Positions 13,201-24,781 of a stretch of DNA of 64,000 nt are shown here, in pieces. Origin of the DNA: Ascoidea asiatica JCM 7603 (taxonomy: Eukaryota; Fungi; Ascomycota). The stretch covers positions 255,872-319,871 of the forward strand of contig BCKQ01000014.1 in assembly GCA_001600695.1 (NCBI GenBank), written 5' to 3'. Under the pieces are notes generated by a model that was not told the origin of the DNA, did no database searches, and saw only the letters and a program-made list of their open reading frames with translations. A program made the position numbers and the translations under genes. How positions within the stretch are numbered: the stretch's first letter is position 1; every line of letters begins with the position of its first letter.

Positions 13201-13738
13201 GGATCATATTACTCTTTTAAATGTTTATAATTCTTGGCAATTAAATAATTGTCTGAAAGGATGGTGTGATGATAATTTTATCCAAGAAAGAAGTTTAAGA
13301 AGAGCAAGAGATATTAGAAATCAGTTATTAAAAATTATGCAAAGATATAAACATCCTTTGATAAGTTGTGGGAAAAAACTAGATTTGATAAGAAAAACTT
13401 TATGTTCTGGATTTTTTAAGAATTGCGCCAAAAGAGATCCTCAAGAAAGAGGTGTATATAAGACATTGATTGGTAGAACAGAAGTTTTTATGCATCCATC
13501 TTCAGCATTATTTGGGAAAAGTGGTGTAGATTATGTTATTTATCATACATTATTATCGACAACAAAAGAATATATGACTTTTGTAACATCAATTGATCCA
13601 AAATGGTTAATTGAAGTTGCATCTACATTTTTCAAACTTTCAGATGGAACTAATAGAAAAAATATGGATAAATTCTCTTTGAGATCTTTAACAGCAAGTA
13701 GAGGTCCAAGGAAAAAGTCAATTATGCCAAAGTTTTAA
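10289..13738 (+). CDS. PRP22: DEAH-box pre-mRNA splicing helicase Prp22
   Basis: S1 domain (ITKFGCFL...LLHISQI), GETGSGKTTQ, TQPRRVAA, LDEAHER, SAT, QRAGRAGR, HA2/OB fold. Confidence 0.96.
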   Translation: MEEIKKVVTFKKISKLLSKELELNENDENLKTLSQFIIELNLNSKNLKEFKISLINNDAEFNDDLINQIYNIIHNSHPKFSNLNKINDEVKKSIPIKLQKQSNGNDIHYIDHDDNINDNNHNKIKRQKQNENENQNQNKNKKENLYEDEYPILNKIYYAKVKNITKFGCFLKINQIKNSPDALLHISQISNEKIENLNDIISINDNLFVKLIKFDKINNKLNLSMKNIDQNLGIEIIQDNNNISNNISRKRNNNSYKGTGSNAIDLSRGRPEEKIAIHDNSSKKRLSSQERFELQQLKASGFYSNDDSNNNNSIISNNNNNINNNKFKINLENDFHEDFEDEIENEFDNEEDIQIEINNDIPPFLGNGNNNKFLKKFQIDDNFSNKIIKNPEGSLNKSISIGSKLLLEFKEKKLQQLKQLRFNSIEKKKLSRINDPMFNNNNNNNNNISTNNNEDDNIINEIDENFNWKSNKRNKDISFGKKSKLSIKEQKESLPIFKMRNQLISLLNNNQCIVIIGETGSGKTTQIPQFLEEEGFSNPGNGMIGITQPRRVAAESVAKRVAEEKNVYLGDEVGYTIRFDDRTSQYTSIKYMTDGMLQREALIDPDMTNYNVIMLDEAHERTIATDILFALLKQAAKRRPDLKLIITSATLDAEKFSKYFDNCPILNVPGRTFPVEIIYSKEPEYDYFSATLDSIVKIHISEPKGDILVFLTGQEEIDTCCEILNQRMKTLGKSIPELIILPVYSALPGEMQSKIFEPSPNGSRKCVIATNIAETSITIDGIYYVIDPGFVKMNAYDPKLGMDSLIISPISQAQAKQRAGRAGRTGPGKCYRLYTSKAYETEMQPNSIPEIQRQNLSNTILMLKAMGINDLLNFEFMDPPPEPILTTALEELYNLSALDEEGLLTRLGRKMAEFPMDPSLAKSLITSVDMKCSIEMLTIVSMLSVQNIFYRPKDKKEIADRKKAKFNNRYGDHITLLNVYNSWQLNNCLKGWCDDNFIQERSLRRARDIRNQLLKIMQRYKHPLISCGKKLDLIRKTLCSGFFKNCAKRDPQERGVYKTLIGRTEVFMHPSSALFGKSGVDYVIYHTLLSTTKEYMTFVTSIDPKWLIEVASTFFKLSDGTNRKNMDKFSLRSLTASRGPRKKSIMPKF

Positions 13739-14296
13739 ACTACATTTCCTAGAAATTGAATAAAATTTCAAATGATCTAATTTTATTAAGAAAACTTGAA
13801 GCTGATCTGTTTATAAAAGATGTATAATCTCACAATCTATCTATTTCTATAAAAAGGAATGTTTAATAATCAAAACGATTGCTTATTTGAACTACAATAT
13901 AACAGCTTTTATTTGAATTTGTGGATCAAATATATATACCGGAGCAGCCAGAATAAATTTCTTTGCAAATTAGAGATTCTTGCTTTGTGATTGTAGATAT
14001 TCAAATTGAGATGCCTAATGGACCTTTGTTTAAAGAATAGTTGCCAAAGAAATTATTTTTTATGAGTGAGTGAACACTTATTCAGCTAAATCATTAATTC
14101 TTATTAGCATTAGTAAATAATATACACTTCTGCAAATTCAGAAAAAACAATTATTATTATAATGCCTTTCTAATTTCTGTGCAAATGGGTTTCAATTTTT
14201 CAAATATTCCTAACAATTGAAATAAGCTACTCAATTAGAAGTAAAAACTCTATAGACTTTTTCATTTTTTTTTTTTGTTTATTTAACAAGATTGAA

Positions 14297-15439
14297 TTAT
14301 GATTTCAAATTTAACTTTTCTTTATATTGATCTAATAAATTAATTGTTGTTTTCCAATTTTGTTTTAAATTCCTTAGTTCATCATTAACTAAAGTCAATT
14401 GATTTTCTCTTTCACTTAATAGTTTTTTATATTGATTAATTTTTTCATTTGTAAATTTATCAATATCAATATTTGAGAAACTTGACTGTGATAAAATCTT
14501 AATAAAATTTAATTTAAAATGTGTAAAATTTAAATCATTATATTCATGTATTAAATTTAAATTATTATTATCAAAATACTTGATAATATCTTTTTCTTTA
14601 TCTTTTTCTAAATTTAGTTGATCATTAGAAAGATAGTTATATAAATTAATTAAAAATGATGATAGTTGATTATTTTGATCTTTCATTGAATTCAATGAAG
14701 TTAATAAATTCTGTCTAGAAATATTTTCATTTTTTTCCTTTATTTTATCTGTTTCATTTTCAACATTTATTGTTTCATTTGTATTAAAATTTAAATTTGT
14801 GGTTAGGTTTATTGGTTGTATAGAATTTGATTTCAGTTTAAGAATAACATTTTGATCATTTTCTTTAAAACTTTTATTTTTAATGTTTATCAAAGTTAAT
14901 ATCTTATTACTTAAATTTTCGATCACTTGGTTATTTTTATTTTTAGTTATTCTTGAATCTGTAAGTAAATCCTTATAATTATTATTTAGAGAAGTAAATT
15001 CATTAGAAAGATTTGATAATTTAAAACTAGTTTCTTTTACACTTTTTTGTAATTTAGAATTTTCATTCAATAACTTGAAATTCTGAGTTCTTAAATCTTT
15101 ATTCGTTAACCTTATCTTTAAATAATTTTTAGCTAGTCTTTGATATAATAAATTGTTATTATTAGTGTTGGATATTGAGGTTATTGAACTATCCGCTTTT
15201 AATTTTGATTTTGATTTAGCTCTATCCAATTTATTCAATAAAGAACTTATTATATTTATTATATTCTTATCATTGGAGATCATTACACTTTGATTATCTT
15301 TTAAAGCTCCAGAATCAACAGATTGAAATAATAGTTTACCAGTTTGAGATGAAAGATCAATGAAACCTTTTGTTGATAGTCTGGAATTGATAACATTAGA
15401 GGCAGCTTTAATTGACTCTAGTTCCTTTTCGATATTCAT
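14297..15439 (-). CDS. ADIP-family (afadin/alpha-actinin-binding; Atg25/Msd1-like) coiled-coil protein, 380 aa
   Basis: First ATG at 15439 (track starts at an upstream TTG). N-terminal AASNVINSRLSTKGF...IINIISSLL resembles the ADIP N-terminus; long coiled coils follow. Confidence 0.6.
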   Translation of the reverse strand: MNIEKELESIKAASNVINSRLSTKGFIDLSSQTGKLLFQSVDSGALKDNQSVMISNDKNIINIISSLLNKLDRAKSKSKLKADSSITSISNTNNNNLLYQRLAKNYLKIRLTNKDLRTQNFKLLNENSKLQKSVKETSFKLSNLSNEFTSLNNNYKDLLTDSRITKNKNNQVIENLSNKILTLINIKNKSFKENDQNVILKLKSNSIQPINLTTNLNFNTNETINVENETDKIKEKNENISRQNLLTSLNSMKDQNNQLSSFLINLYNYLSNDQLNLEKDKEKDIIKYFDNNNLNLIHEYNDLNFTHFKLNFIKILSQSSFSNIDIDKFTNEKINQYKKLLSERENQLTLVNDELRNLKQNWKTTINLLDQYKEKLNLKS

Positions 15440-16132
15440 TTCTTGATAATATAAGAACAGCACAAGGACATACAAGATATAAATAATTAAACCAACTGAA
15501 TATAAGGCTTTTCTGATTGATCTACTTAAAAGAATGAGTAAAATAGAATCACTTCTTCAAAATATCAATTCTTTGGCTGTTTTCGAAGTTTCTTGTTTGT
15601 TTACATTTGTCAAGAACTTTAAAACAAATCAAAACGGGCTGAAATTTACTCAGAATCTCTATCTGTGCCACGATATACACACATATTGTTTCCAAAAAGT
15701 GATTTTATTGATCAACTGTTAGCTTTAGTGTTTTGATATTTCTTTAGAAACAGAAATACCGAAAAGACCTTTGAGTAATGTTTATTTTAAGATAACAAGT
15801 ATCCTATTTAAATTATATATATCAACGCTTATAAAAAGAAAGTCTTTAGTTCTAGAAGATTATCCATAAAGAATTTACTAGAAGTGTATTACCACACAAA
15901 ATAACATTTTCCAAATGTTCTCTAACATGAATTGACCAATTAAACACAAAAATTTTAGAAAAATGCTGAATTTTCATTTACAATAATCAGAAATGAGCAT
16001 ATCCTAATCTCTATGCACTGTGTTACTGGATCCATTTAAATTACCTCTGTTTGCCATATACCGTTGGATATGTTTCAGTAAGTTAAAAAAGTTATATTTT
16101 TTTTTTTCTAAATTAAAAAAAAAGAAACAGAA

Positions 16133-17732
16133 TTAGAAAACTGACCTTATTGTTTGTGTTTCCATTATTGGCATGTTTGGTTCTGGCCCATCTGGAATTA
16201 AATCCAATGAAAGCTTTTTATCTAAAATATCACCTATAATTATTGTTGCAGCTGGTTTTGACATAACCAAAAAATTTTCATTACATAAACCTGTTGCTAT
16301 ACATTCAGGACAACCATCTTTACATTTACATTCACTAATTACTTTAAAAGCATTTTCCAATAATAAATAAATATTTTCAAAACTTTTAAAGGATATTCCA
16401 TTTCCAAATTCATTACCTTTATTATCAAAAAATATTAATCTTCCAGGTCTAATTCTTGTTGTTTGTTTTGTTGCAAATTCTTTCTCAGGGGCTTTACATT
16501 CAGATCCAAGTTCTCCACAAACTCCAATTGTGGGTAATAAACCCATTATTAAATGTTGAGCTGCATGAATTCCACCACTTGCGGAAAGTTTTTTTGATTT
16601 AATTACGTCTAAAGTTTCTTTTTTTATATCAATCCAAAATCCTTTACTATCTCTAAAAACAGGAGGATTATCTACGTCAACTGATTCAAGAATTTGTCCC
16701 TTACTATTCATTTTAAAAAATGCAAAAACATAATGAGAAATTTTAATATTACCATAACAAATTTTTGAATCTTTTTCATTTCTTGAAAGAATTTTCAGAG
16801 GATCAACATCAGTAAAATCTCTAGCCTTTGTGATATAATTTGCATTTGTTCTTTGAATTCTTGCAACTAAAGATTCTGTATCAAATTCTCTTATAATATA
16901 AGGAAGTCCTTGATGAATATAAATTCCACCTTCAAAAATTGTAAAATTAACTCTTGACATTTCAATTTCTTCAGTAACAAATTCTTTTCCAGGATGAGTC
17001 ATATCAACTACGGCAACGGATTTTTCAGTATTTCCTCTCAAAGAAACAAGAGCACTTGGATATGGTAAATATTTTTCATTTGGATTATAACCATATTTAT
17101 CTTTTAATAAAGCTCTTTCACATAAATCTTTTAAAATTTTTTTACCACCAAAAAATTCACCATCAGTTTCAATATTTATTGGTAATTCAAAACTTGCACA
17201 TTGTAAATGAGCTTCAAGAATAACTTTATTATTAAAATCAAGAATAATATTATCACCTTTAGTTTTTAATAATTTATTCATATCATCAATATAAAATTGA
17301 CTTACAGGTTCACTACCACCAATTAAAATTGACATTGAATCTTTATTTCTTCTACCAGCTCTACCAGTTTGTTGCCAAAAACTTGTTAAAGACATTGGAA
17401 AACCACAATTTAAAACAACATCTAAAGAACCAATATCAATACCAAGTTCTAAAGCATTTGTAGCAATGATCGCAGATAATTCATTACTAAACATATCTTT
17501 TTCAATTTTTCTTCTTTCATAAACTGAATAACCTCCACGATATGCCATAATTTTATCTAATAATTTTAACAGATTTTGTTCAGATAAAATACTTCTAACT
17601 TCTTTCATAAGTAATTCAACAGTTCTTCTAAAAGTACAAAATGTAATTAATCTAAAACCTTGAGAGACTAAATAAACTAAAATTCTTGCAGTTTCAAGTA
17701 TAAATGAAATTCTTCTACCAGATTTTATTTCT

Positions 17733-17763
<31 letters not shown>

Positions 17764-19291
17764 CTTTATTTTTGATTGTTCTGACATCAATTCTAGTTGG
17801 TGGATTCCAACCAACTAACAATTTATTACCCTTTTCGGAACCATCTTTATCAATTAAAACAATTTCATCAGATGAGGAATTATTTAAATTGAATAAATTT
17901 TGCATAAAATTTATTGGATTATTTATAGTTGCAGAACAACAAATTATTTGAAAATTATTATTACCTAAATAATGACAAATTCTTTTTAATCTTCTTATAA
18001 CCATCATAACATGAGAACCTAAACCACCATTATAATAATGAACTTCATCAACAACTAAATATTTTAAATTAATTAAGAAATTAGTCCACATATTATGATT
18101 TGGTAAAATTGAAGCATGAATTGTATCTGGATTTGTAAAAAGAATTGAAGAATTTTTTCTAATTGAATATCTTTCATTTTTTGGAGTATCACCATCATAA
18201 GTATTTATATTGATATTATTTAAAATTGGAATTAATTTTAAAAAAGATTCTAAAGATCTTTTTTGATCTTGAGCTAAAGCTTTTGTTGGAAAAATTAATA
18301 AAGCAGTTGGAATCTTATCAAAATTAAATTTTTTTGACTTAATTATAGAATTTAAAATTGGTACTTGAAATACAATACTTTTACCACTTGAAGTTGAAGT
18401 TGTGATGATTACATGTTTATTATTTTGAATTGCAATTAAACCTTGAGCTTGATGAGAATAAAATTTATTAATATTTTTTTCTTTTAAAGCATTATACATT
18501 AATGGATCAATATTTAAATCAGATAAAGAATTTTGAATTAATTGAGCTTTTTGACCTTTAATTTCAACACTTGAATTTATTTGATCTAAATAAAAATCTG
18601 ATTGTTTGATTTTAAGAAATTGAGAAATTGAAATATGATTTTTATTCTTATTTTCAGAATCTGAATTCAAATCTGAATCTATATCTGAATCTGAATTGAA
18701 TTCGGAATTTGTATTTGATTCAGAACCTGATTCATTATTAGAATCTTCATCTGATTCTTTATCTGGAATTATTTTCAAAACATTATTTTCAGGTAAATAT
18801 TTTTTTGAGAATTTATTTAATTTTCTCATTGCAATTTTATTATTACTAATATCTTCATTTTCTTTTAAAAATTTTTTAATTGCAAATTCAAAAAAAATAT
18901 TCCTATTTTTAATTAATTCAATTAAATTACCAGATTTATTTACAAAATCAAATATTAATAATGAATTTTTATAATTATTATCTTTAATTTCAAAAATATC
19001 ATTATCCATTTGAATTTTTTCATCATTTTTAAATCTTGCTTTTTCTGGTATTAAATAAATTATTTTACATAAATCAAATAAATTAATTTTTTTATTTTTT
19101 TTGATAAATGAATTCTTTATTGTTTCAAAAGTTGTTGAAATGTTCTTACTTGATAAAAATGAAACAAGAATATTAACTTCATTGAAGATATTTTGAAGTT
19201 CTTTGAAACCTGAATTTCTTTCAATTGCATCACTTAATTTTGGTCTTTTACTATAGGTTTCCTTACTTGATGGCAATGATCTTTTCGACAT
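16133..19291 (-). CDS. HRQ1: RecQ4-like DNA helicase Hrq1
   Basis: YSHQA, TSTSSGKS, FPTKALAQDQ, DEVH, ATNALELGIDIG, QQTGRAGRR, C-terminal DUF1998 Zn site CKCKDGCPEC. Confidence 0.95.
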
Positions 19292-19607
19292 TGCTTTGAA
19301 TTGAATAGTGAGATTGAATTCTACTTAGCTAGACTGACTAGAAACAGAAACAGAAATGGATTGATAAATGATTATTATCAATGATTACATTGTCTGGATG
19401 AACATTTCTTCTTCATTTCATCTTCATTTATAATCTATTTCTTGTTTATATCTCTTTTATTTTCTTTTCATTGCTTGTTTTTGATTTCGTTGTTTTCGAA
19501 TTAAGCGCCGGAAGAAGACCCACGAAACTGGTCTCAGAACCCAGTACCTTTTTAATATTCTATTTATTACTACTATTGGTATATTTATTCATTTATTTTA
19601 ATACTAT

Positions 19608-21221
19608 TTATGGAGTATATAAATCTTTTGGTTTTACTTTACCATCTTTTAAAGCATAAAATAATTGCAGAATAGTTTCTTTAGCTTCTTTAGATTCATT
19701 TAAATAATCTGATCTTATTCCACTTAAAGGATTTGGTCTACCAATTGGAGCAAATTCCATTAATTTATCAATATATTCAAATTTAACATTATTATTATCA
19801 TGTAAAAAAATATTCAGATCTGAATTTTTCAAACACCAATTTTTTTGAAAATTTTTATTTGGTAAATTTTTAAAACCAGACCAAATTCCAGAAATTGCAA
19901 TACCATTTGATTCAATTCTACTAAATGTAAAAGGTCCAAATGAATTTCCAACTAAAGCTAATGATGAATCATTAATTGAAAATGTATATAAATAAAAATC
20001 TAAAAAATTTTTTTTTTCATTAATTAAATTTTTATTAAAAAATGGATAATATGTATGATAACCAGTTGAAAAAATAATTTGATCAAAATTTTCTTCAATT
20101 GAATTATCAATAAATTTAATTTTATTTGAATTTAAAATAAATTCTTTAATTAATGGTTTAATAATTATATATGATTTTAAATTTTCAAAAATTTCATTTG
20201 TCCAATTATTTTTTGATTTTTGAGAAATATAAATTGAATTTAAATTTCTTGGAAATGAATATTGAATTAAATCTAAACAACTTACATTATTACCAATAAA
20301 TAAAATTTTTTTTTTATCAATTAAAATTTCTGGATTATTCAAAGATTTTGAATGTTGAATAGAAATTTTTGGATTAGTTTTAATAAAATTTAAAAAATTT
20401 TTAAATTTTGGTATATATGGAATTGATTTACCATTTGCAATTATTAAGCCATCAAATTTTTCTTCATACCATTTTTCATATATAATATTATTATCAATAA
20501 ATTTTTCTTCTACTTGTTTTATAATTAAAATCCATTTATTTAATTTATTATCTTTATAAACATATTCAACATTTGAATTAAATCTAATAAATTTTAATAA
20601 ATTATTTTTTTCAGAAGATTTTTTTAAATAATTTCCAACTTCTGAAGATAATTGTAAATTTTTTAATAATTTAATTTTTGAATTATTTTGAGGTTTATCA
20701 AATGAAAAGGTCATAAAATTTCTTGTAACATTTGTAAATAAATTCATATAAATTCCAGATCCATTCCATTGATATTTATTAATAATTTTTGTATTTTCAT
20801 TTATTTCTTTTTTTAAAATAAGTGGATTATCATATGAATAAGTTATATTTTTAAGTTTGAATTCTTTTGGAATTTCAGATTTTTCAAATATACTCTCAGG
20901 TTTATCATAATCATAATCATAATCATAATCATAATCATTTTTACAATCATTTTCATTATTTTTGTGATTGAAGTTTGGTAAATTTGGATCAATATCCTTT
21001 TCTGCAATAGAATCACTCCAAATACCACCAACAGTTGAATTTCTTTCAAAAGCAACTATTTCATTAAAAGCAAAATCATCTTCTGAATAATTATTTGAAT
21101 TTATATCTTTACCAAATATTGAAATACCATTTTTTAAAGTATGTGATAAATCATATAAAGTTGATAAACCTGAAGGTCCAGCACCAATTATTGCAATATC
21201 TTTAATATTTAATTCATTCAT
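19608..21221 (-). CDS. Flavin-containing monooxygenase (FMO family)
   Basis: FAD motif IAIIGAGPSGL, FER...VGGIW, LFTN, FDGLIIANG, HSK, second Rossmann IGNNVS, STGY. Confidence 0.9.
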   Translation of the reverse strand: MNELNIKDIAIIGAGPSGLSTLYDLSHTLKNGISIFGKDINSNNYSEDDFAFNEIVAFERNSTVGGIWSDSIAEKDIDPNLPNFNHKNNENDCKNDYDYDYDYDYDKPESIFEKSEIPKEFKLKNITYSYDNPLILKKEINENTKIINKYQWNGSGIYMNLFTNVTRNFMTFSFDKPQNNSKIKLLKNLQLSSEVGNYLKKSSEKNNLLKFIRFNSNVEYVYKDNKLNKWILIIKQVEEKFIDNNIIYEKWYEEKFDGLIIANGKSIPYIPKFKNFLNFIKTNPKISIQHSKSLNNPEILIDKKKILFIGNNVSCLDLIQYSFPRNLNSIYISQKSKNNWTNEIFENLKSYIIIKPLIKEFILNSNKIKFIDNSIEENFDQIIFSTGYHTYYPFFNKNLINEKKNFLDFYLYTFSINDSSLALVGNSFGPFTFSRIESNGIAISGIWSGFKNLPNKNFQKNWCLKNSDLNIFLHDNNNVKFEYIDKLMEFAPIGRPNPLSGIRSDYLNESKEAKETILQLFYALKDGKVKPKDLYTP

Positions 21222-22060
21222 TTTGAATTTATTTAGGAAAATAGGAAAAAAATAAAGTAGTTTGAAGTTAAATTAGAACTAATAATGCCCTTTTATACAT
21301 ATTTTTTACCTCTTTCAATATAAATTAATCTAAAAGATCTATATCTAATAGTTTCAGTATTATGTATTAAGTTACACTAAACATCCCTCAAAATTATCAA
21401 AAAAATGTTTTAGATTCATCTTAAGTACTTACTTAAAGCCTTTTTTTCTAATTTTTTTAAAATACAAAGTCATTAAAATTATTAATGAGCCGTAATTATT
21501 TATAAGAAGAGTCTTGATAACATTGTAATATTATCTTAATAAAAGTTCATTGACTAATAGAAAATGATTCAAAGTAATCCATGCGATTATAATTTAACCG
21601 ATTAGATGAAGTTTAATTGGGTCAGAATGATAAATATACCAAGAAAAAGAAAGACACTTTGAGTAAAGAGAGATCATTTAACCATTTTTGAAGATGAATA
21701 ACCTTCTTTTTTTTTATTTATCTTTAGTTTATTATATTTATTTGAAGGTTATGCACTCGCCACCTAAAGTTAAGGTTGACAAAAACGCAGACAAGGTTGG
21801 CCAATGAGAACGTGCCCCGTTCTTTTTTCCGCCGGAGTCAACTGATCGTTTAGATAGGGACAAAGCAGTGCTGCATTTGGGACATTAAAGCCACCTCTGT
21901 TGATTATCCACAGAACTGGTCTCATTCTGTTTATTCACGTGGTCACTGCAAGTTATCGCCATTCCTTTGGGTCTCTTTTCTGCTTTATTTTCTCGTCTCA
22001 TGCTCTTTTTGTGTTTCGATTCAGCCAAGTTGGAGCTGGTGAACATTCTGTTAAGGCTCT

Positions 22061-22101
22061 AAAAGACTAAAAGACTAAAAGACTAAAAGACTAAAGACTA
22101 A
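22061..22101 (+). repeat. (AAAAGACT)n short tandem repeat
   Basis: About five tandem AAAAGACT/AAAGACT units. Confidence 0.8.
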
Positions 22102-22507
22102 GAAGAAGAGTGTGAAAGGCTGCAAAGAGTTGGTTGTTGGAATAACTGAAAGATAAAGCAGCAGAAGACTGTTTATTGTCATTTATATTCCTTTACAATA
22201 GTGAATTGAAATATTGATTCCTTGCATTTTTCATTGACGATAATCAACAATAAATAATAAATAATAAATAAAATATTTCATAATGCTACGGATTGAGTGA
22301 AGTATTTTGATTGGTTAGATTTCCGATAAAACCGGTAAAATTAAAGAAATAAATAATAATCAATATTTTAGATTTCAAGGGATGAGTAACTATTTAAACA
22401 GACTTGAATGAATAATTGACTTAATTTAATTTAACTTAACTTATTTAATCAAAAAATAAAATTTATCATTATAATAATAAGTTCAATTATTAAATTTAAT
22501 TTTTAAA

Positions 22508-22840
22508 ATGGTTGATATTAATTGTATTGCAGATATTTGTTTAATACCAATTGGCACAAATTCACCTTCAGTTTCAACATATATTGCAAAAATTGAATTA
22601 AAAATTAAAAAAAGTGGTTTAAAACATATTTTACATAGTGCAGGTACAACAATTGAAGGTAATTGGGATGATGTATTTAAATTAATTGGTGAATTACATG
22701 AATATTGTCATAAAGATTTAAAAATTTTAAGAATTCAAAGTGATATTAGAGTTGGTACAAGAATTGATAAATTAAATCAATCCGCTGAAGATAAAGTTAA
22801 TATTGTTAATAAAAAAATGAATGATTTATCAAATGATTAA
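22508..22840 (+). CDS. ECM15: UPF0045/thiamine-binding-fold protein
   Basis: CIADICLIPIGT.SPSVS.Y, LHSAGTTIEG.WDDV, RIQSDIRVGTR match recalled Ecm15/YBL001C. Confidence 0.92.
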   Translation: MVDINCIADICLIPIGTNSPSVSTYIAKIELKIKKSGLKHILHSAGTTIEGNWDDVFKLIGELHEYCHKDLKILRIQSDIRVGTRIDKLNQSAEDKVNIVNKKMNDLSND

Positions 22841-23055
22841 TTATATTAAATTAAACTTATTAAAATAATACTATATAATGACTAACTATTGAAATAAATG
22901 ATATGAAATAGAATGAAATAGAATGAAATAGAATGAAATGAATATAAATAAATTGAAATAAAACTCGTTAAAACTCATGAAAAAGACATAATGTAATGAA
23001 TTGATATAAAAAATTATAATATAAAATAATGAAATAATAACAAAATAAATAGTTA

Positions 23056-23376
23056 TTAATGAGATGAATATGAACGACAATTTGGACAATTGAATTTATT
23101 TCTTTTTTTATAATTATTAGTTAAATTTAAATCTAATAATGAATAAATTTCAAAATTTGATTTACAATTTGAGCAATAATATTTTAATTTAACAATTTTA
23201 TAATTATAATTATAATTATAATTATAATTATTATTAAAATTTGTAAATGATTTAATCTTAAATATTAATGAATCTTGAGAATTATTTGAATTATTTGAAT
23301 TATTTGAATTATTTGAATCTAGTGAATTTCTTCTATTGAATAGAAATTTATTTTTTAATAATGATATATTTGACAT
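23056..23376 (-). CDS. Small hypothetical CxxC-CxxC zinc-ribbon protein, 106 aa
   Basis: ATG in AAAATG context; CSNC and CPNC pairs; RRNS motif; host-like Asn repeats. Confidence 0.6.
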   Translation of the reverse strand: MSNISLLKNKFLFNRRNSLDSNNSNNSNNSNNSQDSLIFKIKSFTNFNNNYNYNYNYNYKIVKLKYYCSNCKSNFEIYSLLDLNLTNNYKKRNKFNCPNCRSYSSH

Positions 23377-24781
23377 TTTATTAATATTATTATTATTGTA
23401 ATTATTATTAATTTACTTAATGGATGAATTAATTAATCAAATGAATGAATAGGATAGTATAGGATATGAATTTGAAATAAATTAAAGGATTTCAATTATA
23501 TTATATACTTTATTTAAAATATAATGTATATTATAATTTTGGAAGTTAATAGAATTTAATATACAATACAATATTAAACGAACTAACGAAGTAAACGATA
23601 ATAAATAAGTAAATAACTTTTTACTTTTTAATTGATAAGAAATTTAATTGAATAGTAATTAAATTAATATACTTTTTAAATTTAACTCTCTTAAGGGTTC
23701 AAAGTTGAAAAAAAAAAAAAATTTAATATACTTTTTAAAAAGTAAACTAAAAATTTTGGTCATTAATGGTATACAACATGATTAACTTTTTTTTCATTTA
23801 CATAAGTAAATTAAATAATTAATTATAGTAATTGATAAAGAAAAGCCACGAATAATTTATAGTTTAAGAAAATCCTTGAATATATCGGAAATATAATTAA
23901 TCATAAATATTAAAACAATATTAAAACAATTTCATTTTCATTGATTATTAAGTTTGTTTTAAAGAATTTTGACTCTATTTTTTTTCTATAAAGTACTTTC
24001 CAGAGTGGCTAATGTATGGCTTTTATGACAGAAAGAGTAACATTTAAATAAAATTTATGAGAGATTTTATTTCATATTCTGCTTGTTAAATCAGAGTAAA
24101 GTAATTTGAACCCTTAAAGAAAGATAAAATTAAATAAAATATGACCTTTATGAAATATTTCAACAATTTCAATTCTGTCAAATAAATTTATTTCTTATCA
24201 TAAAAATTCAAACTCAAACTCAAAGTACTTGACCCTCAAATGTGGTCTCCTTAAGTAACCCATACCACTGGCACTACCACTTAAAAGGATTTAATGCATT
24301 TATACATCTAAGTACAGACAATTACTGATAAATGCATAATAAAATTTACCAAACCTGTGGATCTTACCAGTGCCATGGGTAGCACCCCTTTCAGTGGTAC
24401 ATGCATCTTCAAACCTTCACCCCACATATCACTCTGGCAACCGAGCAACCAGAAACGGCTCCTACCCGCCACATGCCCAAGCCACTTTCCTTTCCCTTTA
24501 TTTACAAATTTCACCTGTCGCAGCTCTGCTTCTTTTTTTCCCTTCTTTCACCTGAAAGGCTTTAAACACCCAATTTCATGTCACCAAAATATATTCAATT
24601 CCTTTATTTATTATTTATTCATCAATTCATTTTACATTGCTTAAATTATTTTTTATTTCATTTATTTATTTCAATTCAATTAACTTATATCATTCATTAA
24701 GACTTTATTCATTATTCAATTCATTTCAATTCAATTAATCTATAATATATTCGGAATTGTTTCATATAAAGAAAATTGAAA

